Part shown: positions 47,081 through 55,289 of the stretch, one piece after another
Position numbering within the stretch: the stretch's first letter is position 1
How the letters are laid out: each line of letters begins with the position of its first letter
Assembly (NCBI GenBank): GCA_963674785.1
Contig: OY771555.1
Span: forward strand, 1,216,001-1,280,000
Direction: 5' to 3'
Origin: Caldisericia bacterium
GTDB taxonomy: Bacteria; Caldisericota; Caldisericia; JAAYUI01
Length of the DNA stretch: 64,000 nucleotides
The notes under the pieces: generated by a model
Databases searched by the model: none
What the model saw: only the letters and a program-made list of their open reading frames with translations
What the model was told of the DNA's origin: nothing
Made by a program: the position numbers and the translations under genes

Positions 47081-48229
47081 TTAACTAGCTCTTTTCGAAA
47101 TTTCTGAAATCGCTTCAATGATTTTCTCGATCTCTTCAATCTTTGTGTGATTTCCTGGAGACAATCTCACAGTTCCTTCTGGATATGTTCCAAATGTTTT
47201 ATGTGCAAGTTGCGCTTGATGTAGTCCTGCACGGCAGCAGATTCCGTAATCTTTATCAAGTATTTCAGCAACTTTTATTGGGTTCATTCCCTCAATTGTA
47301 AATGATACAATTGCTGTTGATTTTTCAGGCTCTGAGTGACCATAAACCTTTACTTTATCAATTGTTGATAATCCGACTCTGAGCCTTGACTTTAGTTTGT
47401 TTTGGTGGTTTTGGATTGAAGATAATCCTTGCTCTTTGATTTCGTCTATCGCGGTACTAAGCCCGATAATCCCTGGTGAATTAAATGTTCCTGCGTGAAA
47501 TTTTTTTATATCATCTTCGACATCCATATCTTCGCCAATCGCACCAAGGATCAGAGGTTGAAGTCTTCTGATATCAAAACTCTCATTAACTATTAACCCT
47601 CCTATTCCAGGTGGTCCGTGAAGACTTTTGTGACCGGTGAACGCTAAAAGGTCGATACCCATTTTGAAGGCATCAATCTCGATTTGCCCTGCAGTTTGGG
47701 CTGCATCAATAAGTATATGAGATCCTGCATCATGGACAATTTTTGAAATCTCTTCTATGTTTTGAATTGTTCCATTCACATTGTTTGCATGGGTTACAAT
47801 AACAAGTTTTGTCTTCTTCTGAAGTTTTCTCACCAAATCATCAATATCCAGAATACCGTTTCCACCACATTTAGCATATTCAATTTGTATTGAATCCCCA
47901 ATTGATAAAACAGGTCTTAACACGGAATTGTGTTCAACCCCGCTTATGATGACCCTGTCTCCCTTGTTCAGGAAACCTCTGATAACTGTGTTTAAGGCTG
48001 TTGTTGCGTTTTGCATGAAGATCAACTGCTTTGGAGCCGAGAGACCAAAAAATGAGGCGATGTTTTCTCTTGCAGAAATTACTTTTTGGTAAGCCTGAAC
48101 AGATAACCTGTGTCCAATTTTTGAAGGATTTCCCCCATCGTACTTCAGAAAATCTGTCATTGCCTGAAGCACTTTTTCTGATTTTGGCCATGAGGTGGCA
48201 CCGTAATCAAGATATATCATCTGTTTCAC
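47081..48229 (-). CDS. Class-V PLP-dependent enzyme, cysteine desulfurase family, catalytic Cys replaced by Gln
   Basis: IYLDYGATSWPK, EHNSV, DAAQTAG, FTGHK (PLP Lys) and GTVRLS; RAGLHQA in place of RxGLHCA. Confidence 0.88.
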   Translation of the reverse strand: MKQMIYLDYGATSWPKSEKVLQAMTDFLKYDGGNPSKIGHRLSVQAYQKVISARENIASFFGLSAPKQLIFMQNATTALNTVIRGFLNKGDRVIISGVEHNSVLRPVLSIGDSIQIEYAKCGGNGILDIDDLVRKLQKKTKLVIVTHANNVNGTIQNIEEISKIVHDAGSHILIDAAQTAGQIEIDAFKMGIDLLAFTGHKSLHGPPGIGGLIVNESFDIRRLQPLILGAIGEDMDVEDDIKKFHAGTFNSPGIIGLSTAIDEIKEQGLSSIQNHQNKLKSRLRVGLSTIDKVKVYGHSEPEKSTAIVSFTIEGMNPIKVAEILDKDYGICCRAGLHQAQLAHKTFGTYPEGTVRLSPGNHTKIEEIEKIIEAISEISKRAS

Positions 48230-48408
48230 AAACCTCTTTCTTTGATACACGTGATTATACGTCGTATTTCCATTTTCTCAATCACATCAAGAAAAATATG
48301 AAATAGGTTAAAATAGTATATCTTATTGGGAACAGTTCTTGATAATGTTCGGTCATTTTTTTGTTCAATTATCCAAAAAAAGTGTTATTTTAAAGCAATA
48401 ATTCTGAA

Positions 48409-48477
48409 TTGACAAATCATTTATGTCAAGGTCTTGACAAAAAAGATTTTTGTTCTATTATGGTATTGACAAAAAAG
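48409..48477 (+). promoter_or_regulatory. hsp20 promoter with clustered TTGACA elements
   Basis: TTGACA at 48409, 48434 and 48466, TGTCAA at 48424; TTGACA(48434)-16-TATTAT(48456); AGGAGG SD at 48482. Confidence 0.6.
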
Positions 48478-48492
48478 TAATAGGAGGTGTCT

Positions 48493-48918
48493 ATGGCAAT
48501 AGAAAGATATGATAGATTTGCGGATCCAAGAGAGTTTGCATCTGAAATTAGAAAAAGTATTTTCAATGGTTTATTCCACTCGGGAGACGATTACTGGAGA
48601 CCATTTTTTGATGTTACAGAAACTGAAGATGAATACCGAATGAAGATTTCAATTCCAGGTGTAAACAAGGACGATGTTGAGATTGAGATCAGAGATGATG
48701 TTGTTACGATCTCTGGGGAAAGAAAAGAGACAAAAAAGGAAGATAAAGAAGAGTATCACATCAGGGAGATTGTCTCAGGAAGATTCTCAAGGTCTTTGAA
48801 GCTTCCAGCACCAATCGATCCAGATGGTGTAGTTGCAAAATTCAAAGATGGTTTGCTCTGCGTAACTCTTCCAAAGAGTGAAAGAACAAAACCGAGAAAA
48901 ATTGAGATTGAGGAATAA
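48493..48918 (+). CDS. Hsp20/alpha-crystallin small heat shock protein
   Basis: DVTETEDEY, IPGV, ISGER, GRFSRSLKLP and AKFKDGLLCVTLPK motifs; C-terminal IEI. Confidence 0.95.
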   Translation: MAIERYDRFADPREFASEIRKSIFNGLFHSGDDYWRPFFDVTETEDEYRMKISIPGVNKDDVEIEIRDDVVTISGERKETKKEDKEEYHIREIVSGRFSRSLKLPAPIDPDGVVAKFKDGLLCVTLPKSERTKPRKIEIEE

Positions 48919-48928
48919 TCTGTTGTTT

Positions 48929-48958
48929 GAACTGACCCCATAATTATGGGGTCAGTTC
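48929..48958. repeat. Perfect 30-bp palindrome between hsp20 and the alpha-CTD/sigma4 gene
   Basis: GAACTGACCCCATAA-TTATGGGGTCAGTTC; no U-tract on either strand. Confidence 0.85.
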
Positions 48959-48974
48959 TAGAAAAGAGGATATT

Positions 48975-49742
48975 TTGGCCAAATTTATAATTCTTAAACC
49001 ATTACATCTCTATCCGATTGAGATTCTTGACCTCTCACATCGAGTGAATACCAGACTTAAAGAAAAAGGTGTAGCGACACTTTCCGATCTTGCGAAGTAC
49101 GATGATGATGAACTTCTTGGTATTTATCATTTTGGTCAAAAATCACTTGCTCAAATAAAAAAACGTTTGCAGATGTTGAATGAATGTGCATCAGCTCATG
49201 GAAAACCATCCCAAGAAATAATTGAATGTATGAGGCTCAGGCTTGATAAAGATGACAAACTAATTGAGGAGATCGTTAATTCTGTTATTGGTTCAGCACG
49301 TGAGCAAACGATAAGCTACTATATTTCTCAGATTCCGCTTAGACCCGCTTATGTCTTGATTGAAAGATTTGGAATGAAGCATGAGAAAAGAAGGACTCTT
49401 CAAGAGATTGCAAACATCATGGATTTGACTCGAGAGAGAGTAAGACAGCTTCAAGTCAGAGGAATTAAGTGGATGTTGAAATATACTGACTCTGATAACA
49501 CTCTTGAAAACTGGGAGGAAACTCTTACAGCATGTGCAAATGAGCCACCTATCAATGAGGCGTTATTTTTACAGCGTGTCGAAGACTCAGGTATAAGCGG
49601 TGAATCGAGTCCTGTTGGATTTGTTATTCTTGCAACAAATATGATTTTGAGAACTCCAATTCCCACGTTGCTTAAAGCATCAAGAATGCTAAAATTACAT
49701 AGGTTTTGGAAAAAAAATAAAGTAAAAAAGCAGATTGCATAA
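48975..49742 (+). CDS. RNA polymerase alpha-CTD-like domain fused to sigma70 region-4 HTH
   Basis: PIEILDLSHRVNTRLK...ELLGIYHFGQKSLAQIK (alpha-CTD HhH) and VLIERFGM...RTLQEIANIMDLTRERVRQLQ (sigma4.2); TTG start with GAGGA SD. Confidence 0.85.
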   Translation: MAKFIILKPLHLYPIEILDLSHRVNTRLKEKGVATLSDLAKYDDDELLGIYHFGQKSLAQIKKRLQMLNECASAHGKPSQEIIECMRLRLDKDDKLIEEIVNSVIGSAREQTISYYISQIPLRPAYVLIERFGMKHEKRRTLQEIANIMDLTRERVRQLQVRGIKWMLKYTDSDNTLENWEETLTACANEPPINEALFLQRVEDSGISGESSPVGFVILATNMILRTPIPTLLKASRMLKLHRFWKKNKVKKQIA

Positions 49743-49763
49743 AATCAAAATAGGAGATGCCAT

Positions 49764-50249
49764 ATGTCAAAAGACAACAAAGAGAACGTCGAAAAGTGTA
49801 ATAAGTATTTTGGTCCAAACCTTTTTAATGCAACATGGGATTTGATTGATAAAGGTGATAAGAGAACCGAAGAAGATGAGTTAATGATGATTCATACTGC
49901 CCATGCCTCAGCTTATCACTGGAGACAGGTTGGAAAACCCATCAATTTCGCAAGGAGTGAATGGCAGCTTTCAAGAGTATACTCTATTCTAAAAAGAGCC
50001 CAGCAAGCAATGTATCATGCCCAAAACTGTCTCAATATCTGTAAAGAGTGCAAGAAAAATAACGATGAGATTGCTGATTGGGATATTCCATTTGCATTTG
50101 AAGCCTTGGCAAGGGCAAGCCTTGTATCCGGAGCAAATGAAACTGCTGAAAAATTCCTCAAACTAGCAAAAACAGAGGGCGAAAAAATCTCTGGAGATGG
50201 CGATAAGAAATACTTTTTTTCAGAGATTGAGACAATAAAAATAGATTAG
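49764..50249 (+). CDS. Conserved hypothetical alpha-helical protein
   Basis: AGGAG SD; FNATWDLI, AHASAYHW, EWQLSRVY and FAFEALARA patterns of a TPR-like uncharacterised family. Confidence 0.75.
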   Translation: MSKDNKENVEKCNKYFGPNLFNATWDLIDKGDKRTEEDELMMIHTAHASAYHWRQVGKPINFARSEWQLSRVYSILKRAQQAMYHAQNCLNICKECKKNNDEIADWDIPFAFEALARASLVSGANETAEKFLKLAKTEGEKISGDGDKKYFFSEIETIKID

Positions 50250-50833
50250 TTAATCACATAATCTTTCGCGATTTTGTAAGAGTCATCGAACACGTCTGAC
50301 ACATGCGGCTTGAGTTCGATGACTTTATTTTTTAGTTTTTCAAATTCGATTGAATTGGTTTCGGAAGTGTATTTAAAACCATCTATTTCATTTGCCAAAT
50401 AAACTATAGTTGAAATACATTCTAGTTCTTTTCCGGATGCTCTTGCTAATTCATTTGCATTTTTATCAAGTACAGTGTTTTCAAGACCAAAAAGTTCTTC
50501 TGAGCTAGGAAAATCCCTTTCAGTCTCTAAATCTATATTCACAGTGTATTTCCAAGGAGAGTATTCTCCTATTGGTTCCTCTTCAGATAAGTAGGAGGTC
50601 TCATCAGACAAATAGGTAACATTTTTTGCAAGGGTTTTTGAAAAAACCCCATAGTTATAAAAATCAAAATCAAAATTGAATCCAGGTTTTGATTCTGGAT
50701 TGTGTTTAATAGATAGTTGTTTTATTAAGTATACCATTTTTTGAAGGTGGATTCTTCCATATATTGTACCACTGTTTATTGTGTGAAGCATTTTAAGAAT
50801 CCTTACCAGATCATTTATTGGCATTATCGCCAT
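50246..50833 (-). CDS. YwgA/Panacea (DUF4065/SocA)-like winged-helix protein
   Basis: GRIHLQKMVYL, FDFYNYGVFSKTL and LECISTIVYL motifs; start overlaps the stop of the HD gene. Confidence 0.7.
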   Translation of the reverse strand: MAIMPINDLVRILKMLHTINSGTIYGRIHLQKMVYLIKQLSIKHNPESKPGFNFDFDFYNYGVFSKTLAKNVTYLSDETSYLSEEEPIGEYSPWKYTVNIDLETERDFPSSEELFGLENTVLDKNANELARASGKELECISTIVYLANEIDGFKYTSETNSIEFEKLKNKVIELKPHVSDVFDDSYKIAKDYVIN

Positions 50834-52295
50834 TACTGTCCTCCGTTGAAGTCATTTCTTCTATTTTATCTCTATCTTCTTTTGAGACATAGTACTTTGT
50901 CTCAGGTTTTACTCCAGTAAGTTTTCTTGCTATCTCCGAAAACTCTGAAATATCTTGAATTTCATCTGATTTATCAAAATTGGGGTCAAACACCAAGATC
51001 AGCTCTTTTACTTTTTTCATCAATTCAAATTTTTTTTCGTCTTCTTTTAGAGCGCACCCGTACTTAATCAATGTCTTTACTTCATTGTATGATTCCTTAT
51101 TGAATTTATAAAGATCTTTCTCTTCGGGGGTGTCTGTAAGAGGTTTGAAACGCGAGAATACTTTTTTAATTTGATTCTCATTGAGATTTTCAAAGGATAT
51201 CTGTTTTAGTAGATCTCGGCTCAAGAATTGATCTGCTTCATCAATCAAGTCTGCAGAACCTTCAATTTTAGAAATAACACTCGAATCGCTTTGATTTAGA
51301 AACCAATTTAGGTCAAAATCCTCATCCTCTTTTTTGATTAACTCAGAATATTTATTCGAATTGTTAGTAGGTTTAAATTCAGGAATTTTCTTTATTATTG
51401 ATTCATAAAGAACTTCTACGCTCCTTGTTGTTTTGTGGTATGCTATGTTTTTGTAGTGAAAAACTCTTGATAAAAGGAACTGTTCAATTGTCGGTATGCA
51501 CTTCTTTTCATATACTATTCTAAGCCGTTCTTCTGGTTTGAGCCCGAATATGCTTAACATAGGTACTGATTTAACCAGCATAGACCTAAACATAAAGTCA
51601 ATATCCACATATACAGGTGTTCCACAAAAGTATGTATCTCTGAGGAGATAATCTAGTCTATCGCAATCTAGTTGAGATTTTATTAATGATGATATTATGT
51701 ATAATTTTGATACTTTGCCATTTTTCTTTGGTTCCTTTGATAGAATCTTGCTATCAAATGGAGTTACTCCTGTGATTAACTCGGAAATGTCATCTTTGAT
51801 TGTGATGGGGTATTCTTTGGATTTAACTCCATCGTCTAAGATTTTTGAAATAGCAGTTTTTTCATTGATCACCTTTGTGGAAGTGTCTTCATGATCAAAT
51901 CCAGGGCAGATTTTGCTAAATGTATGGGAAAAGGGTCCATGACCAATATCATGAAGAAGGCCTGCACATGACATGATATCAATGATTTGTTCCTCATCTT
52001 TGTACTGTTTGTTTTTATCTTGCTCTTTGCTAATAAAGTCGCTTAATTTAATTTGACCTTTCTCGAACAGCTTTCTGACAGCTTTTGAGACTAACCATGC
52101 TACCCCTATGCTGTGAGAAAATCTAGTATGTGTTGCCCCTGGATATGTAAAATCCGAAAATCCTAATTGTTTAATTCTTCTTAATCTCTGGAATTCCTTT
52201 GTATCAATTAGCTTCTTTACAAGACTATCTTTGGGGAAAGTGATCATTCCATGAATTGGGTCTCTAATAGTTAAATCTGAATTATTCTTGCTCAC
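50811..52295 (-). CDS. HD-domain dNTP triphosphohydrolase (SAMHD1/YwfO/EF1143-like)
   Basis: IRDPIHG, FQRLRRIKQLG, HTRFSHSIGV, LLHDIGHGPFSH, DCDRLDYLLRD and YHKTTR motifs. Confidence 0.92.
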   Translation of the reverse strand: MSKNNSDLTIRDPIHGMITFPKDSLVKKLIDTKEFQRLRRIKQLGFSDFTYPGATHTRFSHSIGVAWLVSKAVRKLFEKGQIKLSDFISKEQDKNKQYKDEEQIIDIMSCAGLLHDIGHGPFSHTFSKICPGFDHEDTSTKVINEKTAISKILDDGVKSKEYPITIKDDISELITGVTPFDSKILSKEPKKNGKVSKLYIISSLIKSQLDCDRLDYLLRDTYFCGTPVYVDIDFMFRSMLVKSVPMLSIFGLKPEERLRIVYEKKCIPTIEQFLLSRVFHYKNIAYHKTTRSVEVLYESIIKKIPEFKPTNNSNKYSELIKKEDEDFDLNWFLNQSDSSVISKIEGSADLIDEADQFLSRDLLKQISFENLNENQIKKVFSRFKPLTDTPEEKDLYKFNKESYNEVKTLIKYGCALKEDEKKFELMKKVKELILVFDPNFDKSDEIQDISEFSEIARKLTGVKPETKYYVSKEDRDKIEEMTSTEDSNGDNANK

Positions 52296-52377
52296 GATAT
52301 TATTATAAATTCTACAAAAAATTAGTCAATCATTAGAAACTTGAAATCCTACACCAAGTGTAGTAGTCTCTTTTTCT

Positions 52378-54039
52378 GTGAAGACCGGAATTAATTTAAA
52401 AAAAGACGAAGTTTCGTATTTAGTAGACATCGTCCTCGCTATAATCTTTGGTCTTGCAGCAGCTATCGCTGTCCGTATATTTGATTGGGTTGTTGATTTT
52501 TCAGAACTATTTAACCCCGAAAAGTTGAACTGGTTTTTTGTGATACTGATTCCAACCGCTGGTGGATTTGTTGTTGGACTTGTTGCTTTTATTTCAAAAA
52601 TGAGGGCAAGCGGGGGAGTTGTCGATGTTATTGCTCATATATTCACAAGAAAACATATCATTTCAAAACCAAAAGCATTACTTAAACCTGTTTTGTCTGC
52701 AGTCTCAATAATATCTGGAAATCCTGTTGGCTCTGAGGCTCCGGTTGTTATGTTGGGTGCTCAGATAGCATCTTTTTCAAGTAACGTCTTTAAGCTTCCA
52801 AGAGCGAGGAAACGAATGCTTATCGCCTGTGGATCAGCAGCAGGTATCGCATCAGCATTCCTCTCCCCTCTTGCGGCAATTGCTTTTGCTCTTGAGATAA
52901 TCCTTATGGAATTTACGATGTATGAGTTTGGAATGTTGGCATTGTCAACTGGCTCTGCATACATCGGTGCAAACTTACTCAAATCTCACCCGATAATAGA
53001 TGTTCCACCTATGGAAGTTTTGCAGTGGACAAACCTGTGGCTCTTTATTCTTCTTGGAATAATATGCGCCATTGTTGCCGTTTTCTGGACAAAAATCCTT
53101 CACTTTTTAGAACATTTCGCAGACAAATATCCAAAGTCAATTTTCTGGGGACCAATAATTGCTGGTTTTTCAGCAGGATTGATCGCGATATTCGTTCCAC
53201 AAATCTGGGGACCTGGTTATCACCAGATGTCTGCTATGTTTGTAACAAAAATGCCATTTTATGCTGCTCTTGGAATTGTATTTGCAAAACTCATTGGAAC
53301 GTCGATGGTTCTTGGTCTTGGTGGTGCCGGAGGTGACCTTGCACCCGGAATGTTTATTGGTGCTGGTATCGGAGTTGCAGTTGGTGCTCTTTACCCACCA
53401 GCTTTACCGATGCTTGTGCTTGCTGGAATATGTGCTCAGCTTGCATCAACAATGCATGCACCACTTTCTGGAATTCTTTTATCCATCGAGTTATCAAGGC
53501 AGGTAACCGAGGTTCTACCAGTGATGGTTGCAGTATCTATTGCATCTCTTCTTGCGCTTCGAATAATGCCTAGGTCAATCTATGCACAGAAGGCTCACAA
53601 GAGCGGAATTATTCAGGATAAAACTCAGTTCCAGGATCCGATGAACACATCTGTTGGTGAGATTATGACGACACACTTGATCACAATTCCATCTATGGAG
53701 CGTGTTGCAAAAGCGATTAAAACCATGCACAAGCACAATCTTTCCGCTTTACCTGTTATGGAGGGAAATCTTCTTCGTGGAATCCTTACACTTCAAGACC
53801 TAAGAAGAAGGGTCGCCCCGGGAGAGCTTGATAAACGTGTTGACCTTGTAACAACTAAGAATCCTATTGTCTGCACCCCAGATATAACAATTAAGGCCGC
53901 GTGGTGTCTTCTTAAAGAAAACCAGATTGGAAGATTGCTTGTTGTCTCCCAAAACGACTCAAAAAAACTTCTTGGTATTGTCACAAAAAAAGACCTTCTT
54001 GAGGCTGCGACAAGAAGGTACTCAAAGCTGAATATTTGA
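52378..54039 (+). CDS. CLC-family chloride channel/antiporter with tandem CBS domains
   Basis: VGSEAP (gating Glu), AAGIASAFLSPL, GGAGGDLAP and HAPLSGILLSIEL; two CBS repeats. Confidence 0.92.
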   Translation: MKTGINLKKDEVSYLVDIVLAIIFGLAAAIAVRIFDWVVDFSELFNPEKLNWFFVILIPTAGGFVVGLVAFISKMRASGGVVDVIAHIFTRKHIISKPKALLKPVLSAVSIISGNPVGSEAPVVMLGAQIASFSSNVFKLPRARKRMLIACGSAAGIASAFLSPLAAIAFALEIILMEFTMYEFGMLALSTGSAYIGANLLKSHPIIDVPPMEVLQWTNLWLFILLGIICAIVAVFWTKILHFLEHFADKYPKSIFWGPIIAGFSAGLIAIFVPQIWGPGYHQMSAMFVTKMPFYAALGIVFAKLIGTSMVLGLGGAGGDLAPGMFIGAGIGVAVGALYPPALPMLVLAGICAQLASTMHAPLSGILLSIELSRQVTEVLPVMVAVSIASLLALRIMPRSIYAQKAHKSGIIQDKTQFQDPMNTSVGEIMTTHLITIPSMERVAKAIKTMHKHNLSALPVMEGNLLRGILTLQDLRRRVAPGELDKRVDLVTTKNPIVCTPDITIKAAWCLLKENQIGRLLVVSQNDSKKLLGIVTKKDLLEAATRRYSKLNI

Positions 54040-54042
54040 TCG

Positions 54043-54639
54043 CTATTCTTTCAAGTAGTTGGAAAGATCAAAAGACTCAAAAACCTCAATTGCTTCATTG
54101 TATCTCTCTGCATACCTATCAGGATCAATCATATATATGTCTGTGAAAACAGATGTAATATACTCAAAGAAGTTTGGTATTGGTCTTATAGTTTCATCGG
54201 AGAACATTCTTTTGATAATTTCTCCGGGAGGTGTTTCCATGGCTTTGACAATATCTTTATATAAAAATGTTATTAGTAAATATTCATTTTCATCAGAATT
54301 TGGAGAAATTCGTTTGGCATTTTCTTGTTTAATGGCAAGATTTTCTTCAATATCCATCAAATGTTCATAGATAATGTTAAAGAGAATGTCTCTTTGTCCC
54401 ACAGAAATAGATTCGATAGTGCTTTCAGCGATTCTACACTCCTTTTCATTCAAGTCGTAGAATTTCTTATAGCTATCAAAATAATCAGTTCTGAATTCTT
54501 TTTTCGATGAGGAAGAATGATTATATCTGATGCCAACATGATAATTGTGGATATTTACAATTCCATTACCAATAAAACTCAAAGCAACAAAAACAATCAC
54601 AAGAGTTATTAGTCCATTGAAGTTTTTATTCCACTTCAT
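54043..54639 (-). CDS. Membrane-anchored hypothetical protein, paralog of 54626-55240
   Basis: Start MKWNK overlaps the upstream stop; single TM; motifs shared with the neighbour. Confidence 0.6.
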   Translation of the reverse strand: MKWNKNFNGLITLVIVFVALSFIGNGIVNIHNYHVGIRYNHSSSSKKEFRTDYFDSYKKFYDLNEKECRIAESTIESISVGQRDILFNIIYEHLMDIEENLAIKQENAKRISPNSDENEYLLITFLYKDIVKAMETPPGEIIKRMFSDETIRPIPNFFEYITSVFTDIYMIDPDRYAERYNEAIEVFESFDLSNYLKE

Positions 54640-55240
54640 CAGAAATCCTCCACTGTTCTTCCATAAACTCATCACCAAAGAAGATTTCTGGTTTTTGGAG
54701 TCTTTCAAGAGTGTTTCTTGACATGTTGACTAATTCATCATCGAGTGTGGATTGTTCAATCTGTTCCCGGATAAGCTCTGATACAAGATCAAACCCTTGA
54801 AATATATCCTTTGTTTTTGAGTAATCTTCCATGAACTTATGATATTCAGCTGGAATTACTGGGAAGGGATATTTGACAATATTCCATATGAATCTTTGGT
54901 AATATAAGTAGCTTCTAGTCTTTGAATTGTAACTGATTTCACTATTAAGCAATGCTTCAATTGCAACAAGATTATTAGTTATTATCCTTTTCTTTTCGCT
55001 ATTGGTGAATTTCACAAATGGTTTTGATGGTTGTTCTTGAAGGTAAACCATTATTGAATCTGCACATTCTCTTTGTGATGCTTTAAAATCAATTTTTTTC
55101 AGGGTATTTGAGTATGATTCCACACTTGATTGATGAATGGATACGTATGCAAACGATAACCCATAAAAAACGATTGAAACCAGTAGTACTATGCTACTGG
55201 TTTTTATAAAATTGTTTTTGAAAAATTCTCGAAGTTTCAT
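54626..55240 (-). CDS. Membrane-anchored hypothetical protein
   Basis: Single N-terminal TM; promoter TTGCAA-16-TACTAT-6-ATG. Confidence 0.65.
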   Translation of the reverse strand: MKLREFFKNNFIKTSSIVLLVSIVFYGLSFAYVSIHQSSVESYSNTLKKIDFKASQRECADSIMVYLQEQPSKPFVKFTNSEKKRIITNNLVAIEALLNSEISYNSKTRSYLYYQRFIWNIVKYPFPVIPAEYHKFMEDYSKTKDIFQGFDLVSELIREQIEQSTLDDELVNMSRNTLERLQKPEIFFGDEFMEEQWRISDEVE

Positions 55241-55289
55241 ATGGACATAGTATTCATTATATCGAGGTTTGCAATGTTTTGAGTCATAC

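Noticed and set aside
48300-48490. CIRCE, CtsR or HAIR operator at hsp20
   Set aside because: No TTAGCACTC-N9-GAGTGCTAA, tandem GGTCAAA heptads or CTTGAGT-N7-ACTCAAG.
52296-52377. Fluoride riboswitch upstream of the CLC gene
   Set aside because: No GGCGATGG/CTGATG core; the space is taken up by two divergent promoters.
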